64,000 nucleotides of DNA, from assembly GCA_040285745.1 (NCBI GenBank), contig JAUFOR010000005.1, positions 124,001 to 188,000 of the forward strand, read 5' to 3'. A program made the position numbers and the translations under genes. Source of the DNA: Barthelona sp. PCE. Lineage: Eukaryota. Each line of letters opens with the position of its first letter. Position 1 is the first letter of the stretch. Of this stretch, positions 31,753-41,779 are shown in pieces. Under the pieces are notes generated by a model, which was not told the origin of the DNA, made no database searches, and saw nothing but the letters and a program-made list of their open reading frames with translations.

Positions 31753-32688
31753 ATGGATTTGGGCTATTGGGTACATTCCATCACGCAAAAGTTGTTTGGT
31801 GACGACATTTATGAATGCCCAGAGGAAGAGGGAATCGTAGTAGATTTACTCACCTCAGCTGTATCAACATATTTGGACATATTATCAACAGAAACACAGG
31901 CTCTGGTCTTCAGGGACAACCGTACAAAGGCACATTTGACAGATCTAGCTTTTGTACATTCACAATGTTTTCCATCCATTAGAGATTTAAAGAAATTTGC
32001 TTATGAAGTAGCTAAACATGATTTATACGATTCAGAGGAAACAAATGTATTGGTATCTACTGAACCAAAGCTTGAACTTATCCAACATAAAGAATTACAT
32101 GATTTGTTCAGATTGAGTTTGCAAAACAATTCTCAATTAACTACATCTGCATATGTACACGCGGCACTGGGCCGTCCTAAACCATTATCAGATACTTATA
32201 CTGAAGAAGTTGAAACTAAACAAATGCAATTTATGAATCCAATTGCATTTGATGAATATCGATTAGAATTACGTTCTTCAATACCAATTAGGCCGTTACA
32301 TCTACCAGTTTATCCTCCTTTACCATGTTATAAACGTACACCTTTGTACAAACAACCTTTACAATTTATGGATAACAGTCATTATGAACGAGAGAAATTA
32401 ATTAATCAAACAAAAGCATGTATTGCAAAAATACGTATTTTAAACAAAATGACAAAGAAAACTACTATTAAAAAAGATATTGATAAGAGTTTAAATAATA
32501 TGTTAAATATTAAAACGAAACCAAAAAAATTAACAAAAGGAGAAGTTCAATTAAATTTATCTAATTATAATGATGAATATGAGGTAGATCCTCCTAAACC
32601 TAGACACATTAATTTTAACAAATGGTGGTATGCTGCAACAGAATTATATCAACATTTAGTTTGTGTGCTTTATTCAACTGGTTATTAA
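31753..32688 (+). CDS. TAF8: Putative TFIID subunit TAF8
   Basis: N-terminal histone-fold-like segment (VVDLLTSAVSTYL...NRTKAHLTDL) and TAF8_C-like PLHLPVYPPLPCYKRTP. Confidence 0.65.
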   Translation: MDLGYWVHSITQKLFGDDIYECPEEEGIVVDLLTSAVSTYLDILSTETQALVFRDNRTKAHLTDLAFVHSQCFPSIRDLKKFAYEVAKHDLYDSEETNVLVSTEPKLELIQHKELHDLFRLSLQNNSQLTTSAYVHAALGRPKPLSDTYTEEVETKQMQFMNPIAFDEYRLELRSSIPIRPLHLPVYPPLPCYKRTPLYKQPLQFMDNSHYEREKLINQTKACIAKIRILNKMTKKTTIKKDIDKSLNNMLNIKTKPKKLTKGEVQLNLSNYNDEYEVDPPKPRHINFNKWWYAATELYQHLVCVLYSTGY

Positions 32689-32698
32689 TAACATCATA

Positions 32699-33256
32699 TT
32701 AAAAGAAAGAAGTAAAATCATAATCATCCTCATCGCGTTCTTTTTGGATAACAGGTTCAACATACTTAACCTTTGAACCATCATCTGTAATTTCTTTGAC
32801 CTTTGATACTTCAACTGGTACCTCTACAGTGGTATCCACAACAGGTTGCTCACCCTCAGGTTTGTTTTTCTGTTCTTGAGCAAGTTCTAACCTCGATTGA
32901 CGCTCTCTAGTTCGTTGTTCTCTTCTAAGTTTGTTTTTACGCAATTCTTCACGGATCTCCACATCATCGGATATATTTGCTTCGCGACGTTGTTTTTCCA
33001 ATCGCCTACGACGTTCTTCACGACGTTTATCCCTACGATCTTGTCGTTCGAGCTCGATAGCCCTCTGTGAATCAATTACCTCCTTTGAAAACCACTCGAC
33101 CGGTACTGCTGGAGGTTTAGGTTTGTTGAAAAGGTGAGGATTAAGCCTCTTTTGCTTTCTCTGCTTTCTACGATGTTCTCTTGCTTTCTTAGCAATTGTA
33201 TACTTCAGCTTGAGCGGAGCTCTCTTTGAATTGTGACGCTTTGATTTCTTAGGCAT
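32699..33256 (-). CDS. GNL3/Nug1/Grn1 N-terminal basic-domain protein lacking the GTPase domain
   Basis: SKRAPLKLKYTIAKKAREHRRKQRK...PAVPVEW matches the GN3L_Grn1 N-terminal signature; 185 aa with no G-motifs. Confidence 0.75.
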   Translation of the reverse strand: MPKKSKRHNSKRAPLKLKYTIAKKAREHRRKQRKQKRLNPHLFNKPKPPAVPVEWFSKEVIDSQRAIELERQDRRDKRREERRRRLEKQRREANISDDVEIREELRKNKLRREQRTRERQSRLELAQEQKNKPEGEQPVVDTTVEVPVEVSKVKEITDDGSKVKYVEPVIQKERDEDDYDFTSFF

Positions 33257-33446
33257 GGAATGAAATGGGTTAAAAAATTAAAGCCACTATTCTTATGTTT
33301 TTACAGCTTAATACAGTTGCATTTGCGACTTGTAATGCACATAAAAGTCTCTTTATTGTTGTTAAATGTCAGGAATTTATTAAAGAAATAGTGTACAAAA
33401 AATAATGATGCCGGATAAGTCCATATTCCTCTGATTTGTTAATCTG

Positions 33447-34670
33447 CTACTCAACAAGTGCAGTGGATTCATTAATTTCCTTTACCCTTCCTTTTTTCTT
33501 TTTTGATGATGACATCTCTATATTATCTTCTAAAAATGCTCTATACTGTGCTTTGCACTTTCTAACTGATATTACAATGCCTAAAACAATAGAAATTAAT
33601 CCTACAACAACCATACAACCTACTAAAAACCAACAATAAGCAGAGAGCATTTCATTAAATTGATAATTATCTACATCACCTAAATATTCACTGGAGATAT
33701 TAAACAATGGACCAATTTTTTTCATTAAAAATCCAAAACACTCAATTCCTGTAAACCAAAAAATAAAAATATTTTTCCCTTTTTGTAAAACATCTTTTCT
33801 CTCATAATCAAGCTCACTATGAATCATATCATATATGTATATGGGTGTGTAAAAAAAATATATTATACAATGAATAATATAAATTATAAGACTATATTTC
33901 CAACTATGAAAAATTATACATAAAATTGTTGTAAAGATAATAATGAATTGACATATAGTAGCATAATATATCAAATAAGGATAAATACTGTATTCTGCTT
34001 TTGTTTGAAATTTAATATCAGAACGAGCATTTTTCATTACTTCTAAAGTTGGAAAAAAGAAAAATATTGCAAGAAGTACTGAACCATAAAAACCAGCCAT
34101 ACATATAATTATAACCATTAGTAGTTGTCCTATCCCAGCGAAAATTACCCAAGAACTTCCTGTTGGATCAAAATTCCAATAAAAACGATCAAAATAGTTA
34201 TATGTATCAGGATTTTGCAGTATTGAAGCATTGTCAGGTATTAAGAAGTTTAAATAAGAACCCAATGTTCCTAAACCAGTTAAAATAAACGGTAATTCTA
34301 TACCTAAAGAAAAAAAAGAAAAGAAATTTGGTGTTTTCCATCGTTCTTGAACTGCTTTAGTGCGATATCTAACAGCCCATGCAAGTGAAATATGTACACA
34401 AATGAAGAAGTTTAATTTTGTGTAGAATACTGCACAGTATATTTGCGTTGCATTAATTAAAATGCACATAAAAACGTAAACTGCGCCTGGAGTACACAGT
34501 TTGGACAAACCTGTCCATATAAATACCCAAAATAATCCTGAAGGAGGAATAATCTCAATTTCATCATTTTCATCATGATGTTCATCAATCTGTGGAGCTG
34601 TCCCTTCGTCACGTGGATGCAATGGGACAGAAACAGCTGTCAATATCACAGTATCGTCAATTTTTTCCAT
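33447..34670 (-). CDS. Multi-pass membrane protein related to 186-1415
   Basis: Hydrophobic segments, EGTAP, GIG...FYG block, C-terminal SSSKKKK. Start may be ATG 34721 or 34670. Confidence 0.7.
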   Translation of the reverse strand: MEKIDDTVILTAVSVPLHPRDEGTAPQIDEHHDENDEIEIIPPSGLFWVFIWTGLSKLCTPGAVYVFMCILINATQIYCAVFYTKLNFFICVHISLAWAVRYRTKAVQERWKTPNFFSFFSLGIELPFILTGLGTLGSYLNFLIPDNASILQNPDTYNYFDRFYWNFDPTGSSWVIFAGIGQLLMVIIICMAGFYGSVLLAIFFFFPTLEVMKNARSDIKFQTKAEYSIYPYLIYYATICQFIIIFTTILCIIFHSWKYSLIIYIIHCIIYFFYTPIYIYDMIHSELDYERKDVLQKGKNIFIFWFTGIECFGFLMKKIGPLFNISSEYLGDVDNYQFNEMLSAYCWFLVGCMVVVGLISIVLGIVISVRKCKAQYRAFLEDNIEMSSSKKKKGRVKEINESTALVE

Positions 34671-35092
34671 AAAAGCAGTAGTTCTTTCACAAACAGTGTA
34701 TTGTGCTTTTATTAACGTCATATGCACACATTCTCTGAAGCTGTCACGGTAAGCACTTCAAAATTCGTAGAAATGTTCATATCTCAGTTAAACAACAAAA
34801 CAATGGTGCACTTTATCATTAGGCTCAAATAACACGGCATACACATTCAGATCTCAGGTATTGTGTAGCTTTTTATTACATAACACTAACACAGCCGCTT
34901 TAAAACAGAAGTATATTCAATAACATTAATAACCACTCTGATTTTGTCAGATTGTGCAGAATGTGCTCAAAGCTTAAAAACAACCCTTCAAAAGCAAAGA
35001 GAATGACTAGCTGATCCATTTTTTGGATTTTTAGATTCACTTTTTGCTTTAAGCTTTATTTCCTTTCTCATATTACTTACACACACATTATA

Positions 35093-36706
35093 ATGCAATA
35101 TTACTTCGACGAAACAAGCGGTTTTTTGTTGGACATGAGTGGATGGCCTCAAATCGATCAACTTGAAGAGTTACTCGAGAAGTACTCCTTCAATAATCAA
35201 CTCTGCATGGATCACATCGCTGCTCTTGAACGTGGTGACATCGTTAACGCCACAAAGGTTGCAAGCGAATCAGAAAATCGAGCTGTAGATCATTACACTC
35301 ATCGTCTCAGTGAGGAACATTTCCCTGTTGACATGAAGTTCGAGGGTCGTTCCCTTGAGAAGTCCATCGAGTACTGGAACAAGGTTAAATCTGATGTTGA
35401 AAAAGTACTTTCAGGAGAACATACAACCACAAATGGTGAAAAATTCACTGATGTAATCTTTAACGGTATCGGTGGTTCTTTCCTTGGTCCTCTTATGCTC
35501 ATTCTCGGTATCTATGGTGAAACATACAACATGGCTCTCCCTATTCGTGTTCATTTCGTCAGTAATACCGATCCTGAAGACCTTTCTACTCTACTTTCTC
35601 GTATTAACATTAATACAACAATGATGGTTTCTATCTCCAAGTCAGGTGGAACTTCTGAGACGGTTGGAAACTGGTTAGCTTGGGTTGAGTTATTGAAGGT
35701 TCAAAATCTTAATGTGGGTATGCATTGTGCTGCTATTACTACACGTAACAGTGGTCTTGATAAACAAGCGACTGAACTTGGTTTTTCATTCATTTGGCAT
35801 ATGGAAACAGAGACTGGTGGTCGTACTTCTATTGGTTCTGCCGTAGGTATGGTACCTGCAGCATTTGCTCAAATTGATTTTTCTGATTTCTTACGTGGTC
35901 AGTCCCATATGGATGTATTAACACGCAATCCTCAATCGAAAGAAAATCCTGCAATGTTGATTGCTACTTTAATTGATCGTCTTACACAAACACAAGGTAA
36001 TAAGAACATGATTGTACTTGGTTATTCGTCTTTCTTAAAGGAATTTTCTCATTACCTGCAACAGTTATACATGGAATCGATTGGAAAAGAATATACTGTT
36101 AGTGGTATTCGTCGTCCTACTGGTCAAACTGTATTTGGTGGTGTTGGAACTGGTGAACAACATGCTTTTATGCAACAAATTCAAAAAGGTATTAGTGATG
36201 CATTTGTACGTTTTATTCATTTCGAAAATCGTACAACTGATTTTTCTAATGAAAAGGCTGGTTCTATGGGTCGTCAATTATTAGCTTTTGTTTTAGGTAC
36301 TCAAGCTGCTTTAACTCAAAATGAAAAACCTTATATTTCTATGCGTTTTAAGGATAGAAATGCTATGGCTTTAGGTATGATGGTTGCTCTTGAAGAACGT
36401 ATTGTTTCATTCCTCTCTGTATTTAGAGATATTAACGCTTATGATCAACCCGGTGTTCAAGACGGTAAGTTAGCCGCCAAAGCTATTAATGCGTTGAGCA
36501 TGGCTGTTGTTGAAAATCTTAACATAATGGAAGGTGTTGTTGACATTGCTGCGCTTGTTGAGGGTGCTGATATTCGTGAAGTTGATTATATCCTTACCGA
36601 TCTTTATGCTAACCAGAAGGTTGAGAATTCATATGATGACTTTACTAAGGAACTTACACGTTCTTTCAACGCTGAATCTGGCTTATTCGTGTACACGGTG
36701 TGCTAA
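35093..36706 (+). CDS. pgi: Glucose-6-phosphate isomerase
   Basis: GIGGSFLG, SISKSGGT, GGRTS, QQLYMESIGK, GEQHAF, AYDQPGVQDGK. Confidence 0.95.
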   Translation: MQYYFDETSGFLLDMSGWPQIDQLEELLEKYSFNNQLCMDHIAALERGDIVNATKVASESENRAVDHYTHRLSEEHFPVDMKFEGRSLEKSIEYWNKVKSDVEKVLSGEHTTTNGEKFTDVIFNGIGGSFLGPLMLILGIYGETYNMALPIRVHFVSNTDPEDLSTLLSRININTTMMVSISKSGGTSETVGNWLAWVELLKVQNLNVGMHCAAITTRNSGLDKQATELGFSFIWHMETETGGRTSIGSAVGMVPAAFAQIDFSDFLRGQSHMDVLTRNPQSKENPAMLIATLIDRLTQTQGNKNMIVLGYSSFLKEFSHYLQQLYMESIGKEYTVSGIRRPTGQTVFGGVGTGEQHAFMQQIQKGISDAFVRFIHFENRTTDFSNEKAGSMGRQLLAFVLGTQAALTQNEKPYISMRFKDRNAMALGMMVALEERIVSFLSVFRDINAYDQPGVQDGKLAAKAINALSMAVVENLNIMEGVVDIAALVEGADIREVDYILTDLYANQKVENSYDDFTKELTRSFNAESGLFVYTVC

Positions 36707-36898
36707 ATATTAAAATAAACAATCTTGTGAATTGATGGACTGTTTTTTTGAGAACAAGAAACTTCATCAACTTTTTGCATTAGTGGAACCGCTGTGTGGG
36801 ATTTATAGTGAACGGTGTGCCTCAGTGTGGTAGTCTGTAACTTCAATAGAATTAGTTGACAACTCATTTTCCGTTTATCCCCCCTTTTCAGTTATAAT

Positions 36899-39208
36899 AT
36901 GTTTGATCTTGGTCATTCCCAAAGCACAATCCCCGCTGAGCCCCGTTTATCATCTCACAAATCCGTTTCAAGCGAAATGACAAATGTTACCAATATTTTT
37001 GATGAAGCTATCAAAGAAGGTCGTACACTTCATGAACATGAGTGTTACCAAGTCCTCGCCGCATTTGGGTTCATTGTTCCATTGTGGAGATTCTTTGATG
37101 AGGTTGGAACAGAAGAAGATAACTTTTTAGATGGACGTTTTGTTGCTAAGGCTGTCCTCACTGGTGTCACACACAAGACTGACATCGGTGCTATCAAGTT
37201 TAACGTAACTAGAGATAATTACATTGAAGTATTCAATGAATTCAAAGCAAAGTTTGTTGATTACGATTTTCAAGGTGTTTTATTTGTTGAAATGGTTGAT
37301 TTCCACAGCTCCCTTGGTGGTGAAATCCTTCTTTCATGTTTCCAAGACCCTCACTTTGGTCCTTGTGTTTGTTTTGGTTTTGGTGGCACAACCGTTGAAT
37401 TCATGAAAGAAATTATGAAAACTAACCGTGCTAACATCATTCTCCCTGCTTCCCTTGACCTAGAAAGCGTCAAACACATCATTCGTGATCTACCTCTCGT
37501 TAAATTAGTTACAGGAGAAGTGCGTGGTATCGATAAAAGAATTGAATTCGATGATTTATTAAAGGCAATTGAAAATTTCATGAAAATTATCAATACATTC
37601 ACAAAGAATGAATACGTTGTTGAAGAGTTTGAGATTAATCCTTGTGTTATCACTAAAACTGGTGAACTTTTTGCTTTAGATGGTGTTTGTTCTGTTTCTA
37701 AGAATTCTCGTACACTCCCTGATAAGCCTTTACACAAGATTGATAATCTTCTAGGTCCCAAATCCGCTATTGTTGCAGGTGCTTCAGCTAAGAACAAGCT
37801 GAACCCTGGATCCACCATTCTACGTATCTTTGGTGAGAAGGGTGTTTCATGCTACGCCATTCACCCACGTGAGCGAGAGGTGCTAGGCTGTCCTGGCTAC
37901 CCTAACCTCGCCGAGTGTAAGGAAGCCCATGGCAAGGTTGATTTATTGGTGGTTGGTGTTCCTGCTGTACATGCCGCGCCTCTCATTTCACAGGCTCTTG
38001 AGCTTGATGTTGCTGAATCAATTCTGATCATCACAGCTGGTTTTGATGAAACCGAAGATGGAAAGGAACGTGCTGAGCTTCTCAAACAACAGCTCTTCAA
38101 TATGGACCCTAAAACACGTCCGGTTATCAACGGACCCAACACAGTAGGTTCTATTGGACAGCACGTTTCATCAGTCTTTGTCCCTGCATGGAAATCTTCA
38201 TTTACCAACAAAGGAATGAATAACGCTGCATTGATTTGTCAGTCAGGTGGTTTGATGATTTCCAGATTATCTAATTTAGCTGATGTTGTTAATCCAAAGG
38301 TTGCGATTTCTGTTGGTAATCAAATGGATCTATCGGTCACTGATTTTCTTGAACACTTTTTGAACACAGATCTTGATGTTTCTGTGTTTGGTTGTTATAT
38401 GGAGGGACTTAACGATCTTGACGGTGAGCGTTTCCTTGAGTTATTAAAGGTTGCTCGTGGCAAGGGAAAGAAAGTTGTTGTATATAAGGCTGGTCGTTCT
38501 AAGCAAGGTCTTGAAGCTGCTAAGGGACACACCGCTTCCATGGCTGGAGATTACGATATGTTCGGTTCGTTAGTATCCTTGTATGGTGGTATCGTCACAA
38601 CTTCACTGAGAGAATTTGAACGTGCTATCATGTTCTGCTGTTGTTATCCACAACTTACTGATCTTGAAAGAGTTGGTATTGGTGCTATTAGTAACGCAGG
38701 ATTCGAGAAATGCGCTATCGCCGATCATTTGTTCTCAAAAGATTTTGACTTTATTAAATTATGTAGTTGGACTCCCACTACCCGAGAGAAGATCCTTAAC
38801 GTGTTCAAGCGTTTTAGGATCGATTCAGTCGTCGATATCGGTGACGTCCTCGATGTCACACCGTCGCTCAATGATCAGGGCACGCTCGATGTCGTTCAGG
38901 CCATGTTAGAAGATGAAGAATGTAATATTGTATTGTTTGCTACTGTGCCAGAAACTGTTGCATTAAAGACCTTAAAGGATGATACATTACCGGTACCTGA
39001 AGATTTTATGGCTGAAGGTAGTTTATTACCAGGTTTGATAGAGTTTAAAAGTCAATTCCCTGATAAGATTATTATTTGCTCAATTGAAAGTGGTTATCGA
39101 TATGAACCATTCAGAAAAGCTTGTTTAGAACATGGTATTGCTTGTTTTGATGATGCTTCTCTAGCTGGTTCCACCATTGAGCTTGTTCTTGGTTCTCTTC
39201 GTTGTTAG
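36899..39208 (+). CDS. Acetyl-/acyl-CoA synthetase (ADP-forming), fused in beta-alpha order
   Basis: N-terminal ATP-grasp (HKTDIG, QDPHFGPCVCFGFGG, EINP, ALDG), then CoA-binding (VAGAS, GPNTVG) and ligase domains (CQSGG, SVGNQMD, YMEG, KAGRS...GHTASMAG). Confidence 0.92.
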   Translation: MFDLGHSQSTIPAEPRLSSHKSVSSEMTNVTNIFDEAIKEGRTLHEHECYQVLAAFGFIVPLWRFFDEVGTEEDNFLDGRFVAKAVLTGVTHKTDIGAIKFNVTRDNYIEVFNEFKAKFVDYDFQGVLFVEMVDFHSSLGGEILLSCFQDPHFGPCVCFGFGGTTVEFMKEIMKTNRANIILPASLDLESVKHIIRDLPLVKLVTGEVRGIDKRIEFDDLLKAIENFMKIINTFTKNEYVVEEFEINPCVITKTGELFALDGVCSVSKNSRTLPDKPLHKIDNLLGPKSAIVAGASAKNKLNPGSTILRIFGEKGVSCYAIHPREREVLGCPGYPNLAECKEAHGKVDLLVVGVPAVHAAPLISQALELDVAESILIITAGFDETEDGKERAELLKQQLFNMDPKTRPVINGPNTVGSIGQHVSSVFVPAWKSSFTNKGMNNAALICQSGGLMISRLSNLADVVNPKVAISVGNQMDLSVTDFLEHFLNTDLDVSVFGCYMEGLNDLDGERFLELLKVARGKGKKVVVYKAGRSKQGLEAAKGHTASMAGDYDMFGSLVSLYGGIVTTSLREFERAIMFCCCYPQLTDLERVGIGAISNAGFEKCAIADHLFSKDFDFIKLCSWTPTTREKILNVFKRFRIDSVVDIGDVLDVTPSLNDQGTLDVVQAMLEDEECNIVLFATVPETVALKTLKDDTLPVPEDFMAEGSLLPGLIEFKSQFPDKIIICSIESGYRYEPFRKACLEHGIACFDDASLAGSTIELVLGSLRC

Positions 39209-39366
39209 TTTACTAAACCAAATAAAATATTTATTCTCATCATTTTTCAGTAAGGGGGAGAGTAAACAGATTCTTTACAGAAATCTAAGATCGGATATGT
39301 TGCGCATGCGGGCTAAACAATGCTATCTCTTTTTACACTTGTTTCATCAAGGCAAGCTACTTTTAT

Positions 39367-41541
39367 ATGCCTCGCATCCGTAAATTCGAGGATGACCTTA
39401 TCATTGGGGCCTTTCCCGAGGGGCAAATTATTTTTGAAGGTCAGGGTGTTAGAATGGTCAAAACTAGAGAAGACACTCATTTACACAATCTCATTGATGC
39501 TGTAGATGGGGAAGAATTTTGTGGATATGTTGAAGAAACGTGTGAAACACTTCAGTATTATTACAAGCGAAAAGCTGGAGCAGGATATATGATCGTTGAA
39601 CAGCATTTTAGCGAAGATAATCGATTAACTGAACTTGAAATCATGTATTTCAACGAAATCAACAGTGATGAACACACCAAAAGAAAGATTCGTTTCCCTG
39701 AGGATTTGGATAATTTACTTAACTATGTATCAAGCGAATTTGTTCCATTAGATGACAACCACATTTTTTTTGCTATTACAGAGGTTGATCAAGACCAGAA
39801 TGTAGAAACGACGCATTGTTACATTCTCAATATACGAACAGAACAGTACCGGTGTCTTGGAGAGTACAACCATTACTCCATCAGCACTTGTTCCTCTCAA
39901 TATCTATTGATGAGCAATTATGAAAATGGTTTTTCGATATTTCACTACAATTTCTGCGTAGATGATATGGATGAGGCACATGAACTGGATATCGTACAGC
40001 TAGAAGGTGTCCATAATCAAAACTGTATAGGATGTTACAATGTTGATTGTGTTTGTTTTTCCACATTTGGCGAGAGATTAGAAGAATTGATCATTTTTGA
40101 TCGTCAACGAAATCGTGTTGACTTACTAGAAAGATTTCCTCAATTAAGAGACATGAAAACAAACTACTGTTCTTATTTTGCCTTATTCACATTGACACAA
40201 GATAAATTTTCTGCACTTTTCTATGATGGTTCAATTTGTACTGTTGTTCATATTGAAAACGGGGAGCTTAAGTCGACAACTGGTGATATAAGCAGTTACA
40301 TTGCTCATTGTGATGATTTAAAACAAATTAACTTGGCGAATTCTTTTCATAATGAACAATGCCAGTTTTTTGGAACTTGTAATGCAACGGGTGTTTATGG
40401 TCCCATAAAGTTTAGAAAAATCAATAACGAGGTGATTCGATTGCAAAATATTAGGCCTCACAGAGTTATGTATGATGGGACAGCACATTTTGCAGACAGC
40501 AGTATGAAAAGACAGTGTTACTTTTACTTCAAAGAAAAAAGAATCGTCACACATAAAAGTGTTTTGACTGACGATAGTTTCATGTTCGAAAAGAATTACA
40601 GAGAACTATCGATGCACCCGGTTGAGGAAGAGCATTTCTTTATGATTGCACAGTGTAATACAAGACAAGGTGCTTCAGAAATAGTTAAAATACACTGGGA
40701 AGGTTCAGAATCAAAACCAATAATAACTCCTTTTGAAAATGATGCCATAAATTATAATAGCTTAGTTCTTGGGTTACCATTTTTTATTGAGTATAATGAA
40801 AATGTTTGTCAAGGTTATCTTGGTAATACAAAAATTTTGGAGCTTCCACCAAATGAGTACATAAATATTTGCAAGCCTTCAGTCACTGGAAGTTCTGTGT
40901 GTGTTAGTTGTACTAATTCAATACATTTTTTGCAATTGTTGATAAATAATAATGATGTTGAGGTTCAAAAGCACATCACTTTTCATCATGGCGATGATGT
41001 TTCGAGTGTAGTATATTGTCATCATCCATTAACAGATACAGCTGACCACCAGCTCTTTGTTACATATAAATGCAATAATGATGGTGAGGAACAGTATTTG
41101 CATTGTTTAGATTGGTCAACAGGAAATTTTTTGGAACCCGTTTTGATATATAAATATTCAGATGTTGGTGAAGTGGATGAAGAATTCTTGGATGGTAACT
41201 ATTTCTTTAATTTCATAGGTGATTCGTACATTCAAGTGGATCAAGGTATTAATAAGGTATCCATTGTTAATGGTGTTATTGAAATGCGATTTTTTACAAA
41301 TACTATTTTACCAAATATTGGCAACGATATTCGCAGCTTAAATCTACCTAATAACGTTGTTCAGGAAGTTATTTACGAAGAAGAAACCAAGACAATGGTG
41401 TTGAAAACGTATAAGGTTGAGGAAGATCCAGAATCAACTAATCCCACTGTGGAAAGGTTCCACCTTCCATCGTTCCTGGCAGAGGCGTCCATAGTTGAGT
41501 ACCACATGCCCAATTATCATGAGCATTATCATAATGAATAG
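39367..41541 (+). CDS. Lineage-specific beta-rich hypothetical protein
   Basis: 724-aa ORF with short alternating hydrophobic strands and a His-rich C-terminus. Confidence 0.65.
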   Translation: MPRIRKFEDDLIIGAFPEGQIIFEGQGVRMVKTREDTHLHNLIDAVDGEEFCGYVEETCETLQYYYKRKAGAGYMIVEQHFSEDNRLTELEIMYFNEINSDEHTKRKIRFPEDLDNLLNYVSSEFVPLDDNHIFFAITEVDQDQNVETTHCYILNIRTEQYRCLGEYNHYSISTCSSQYLLMSNYENGFSIFHYNFCVDDMDEAHELDIVQLEGVHNQNCIGCYNVDCVCFSTFGERLEELIIFDRQRNRVDLLERFPQLRDMKTNYCSYFALFTLTQDKFSALFYDGSICTVVHIENGELKSTTGDISSYIAHCDDLKQINLANSFHNEQCQFFGTCNATGVYGPIKFRKINNEVIRLQNIRPHRVMYDGTAHFADSSMKRQCYFYFKEKRIVTHKSVLTDDSFMFEKNYRELSMHPVEEEHFFMIAQCNTRQGASEIVKIHWEGSESKPIITPFENDAINYNSLVLGLPFFIEYNENVCQGYLGNTKILELPPNEYINICKPSVTGSSVCVSCTNSIHFLQLLINNNDVEVQKHITFHHGDDVSSVVYCHHPLTDTADHQLFVTYKCNNDGEEQYLHCLDWSTGNFLEPVLIYKYSDVGEVDEEFLDGNYFFNFIGDSYIQVDQGINKVSIVNGVIEMRFFTNTILPNIGNDIRSLNLPNNVVQEVIYEEETKTMVLKTYKVEEDPESTNPTVERFHLPSFLAEASIVEYHMPNYHEHYHNE

Positions 41542-41779
41542 TGTCCATGACTACATAGGTCTAGGAATACACATTTACTTCTTTTGTTCATTAGGGTAAC
41601 TTATTTTCCAGATAAAGTGCAATGTTAGTGGTGCTTGGAGGTTTAAATGGACTTTTACGAATAATTTTCTTCCAAAGTCTTATCCATGTTAACGGGTTGT
41701 ATGGAGAGTATTCCATTCTCATTTCAAAATCAATTGCAGGATCTTCCTGATTAGGACCATCATGCTTTATTGATAAAAA

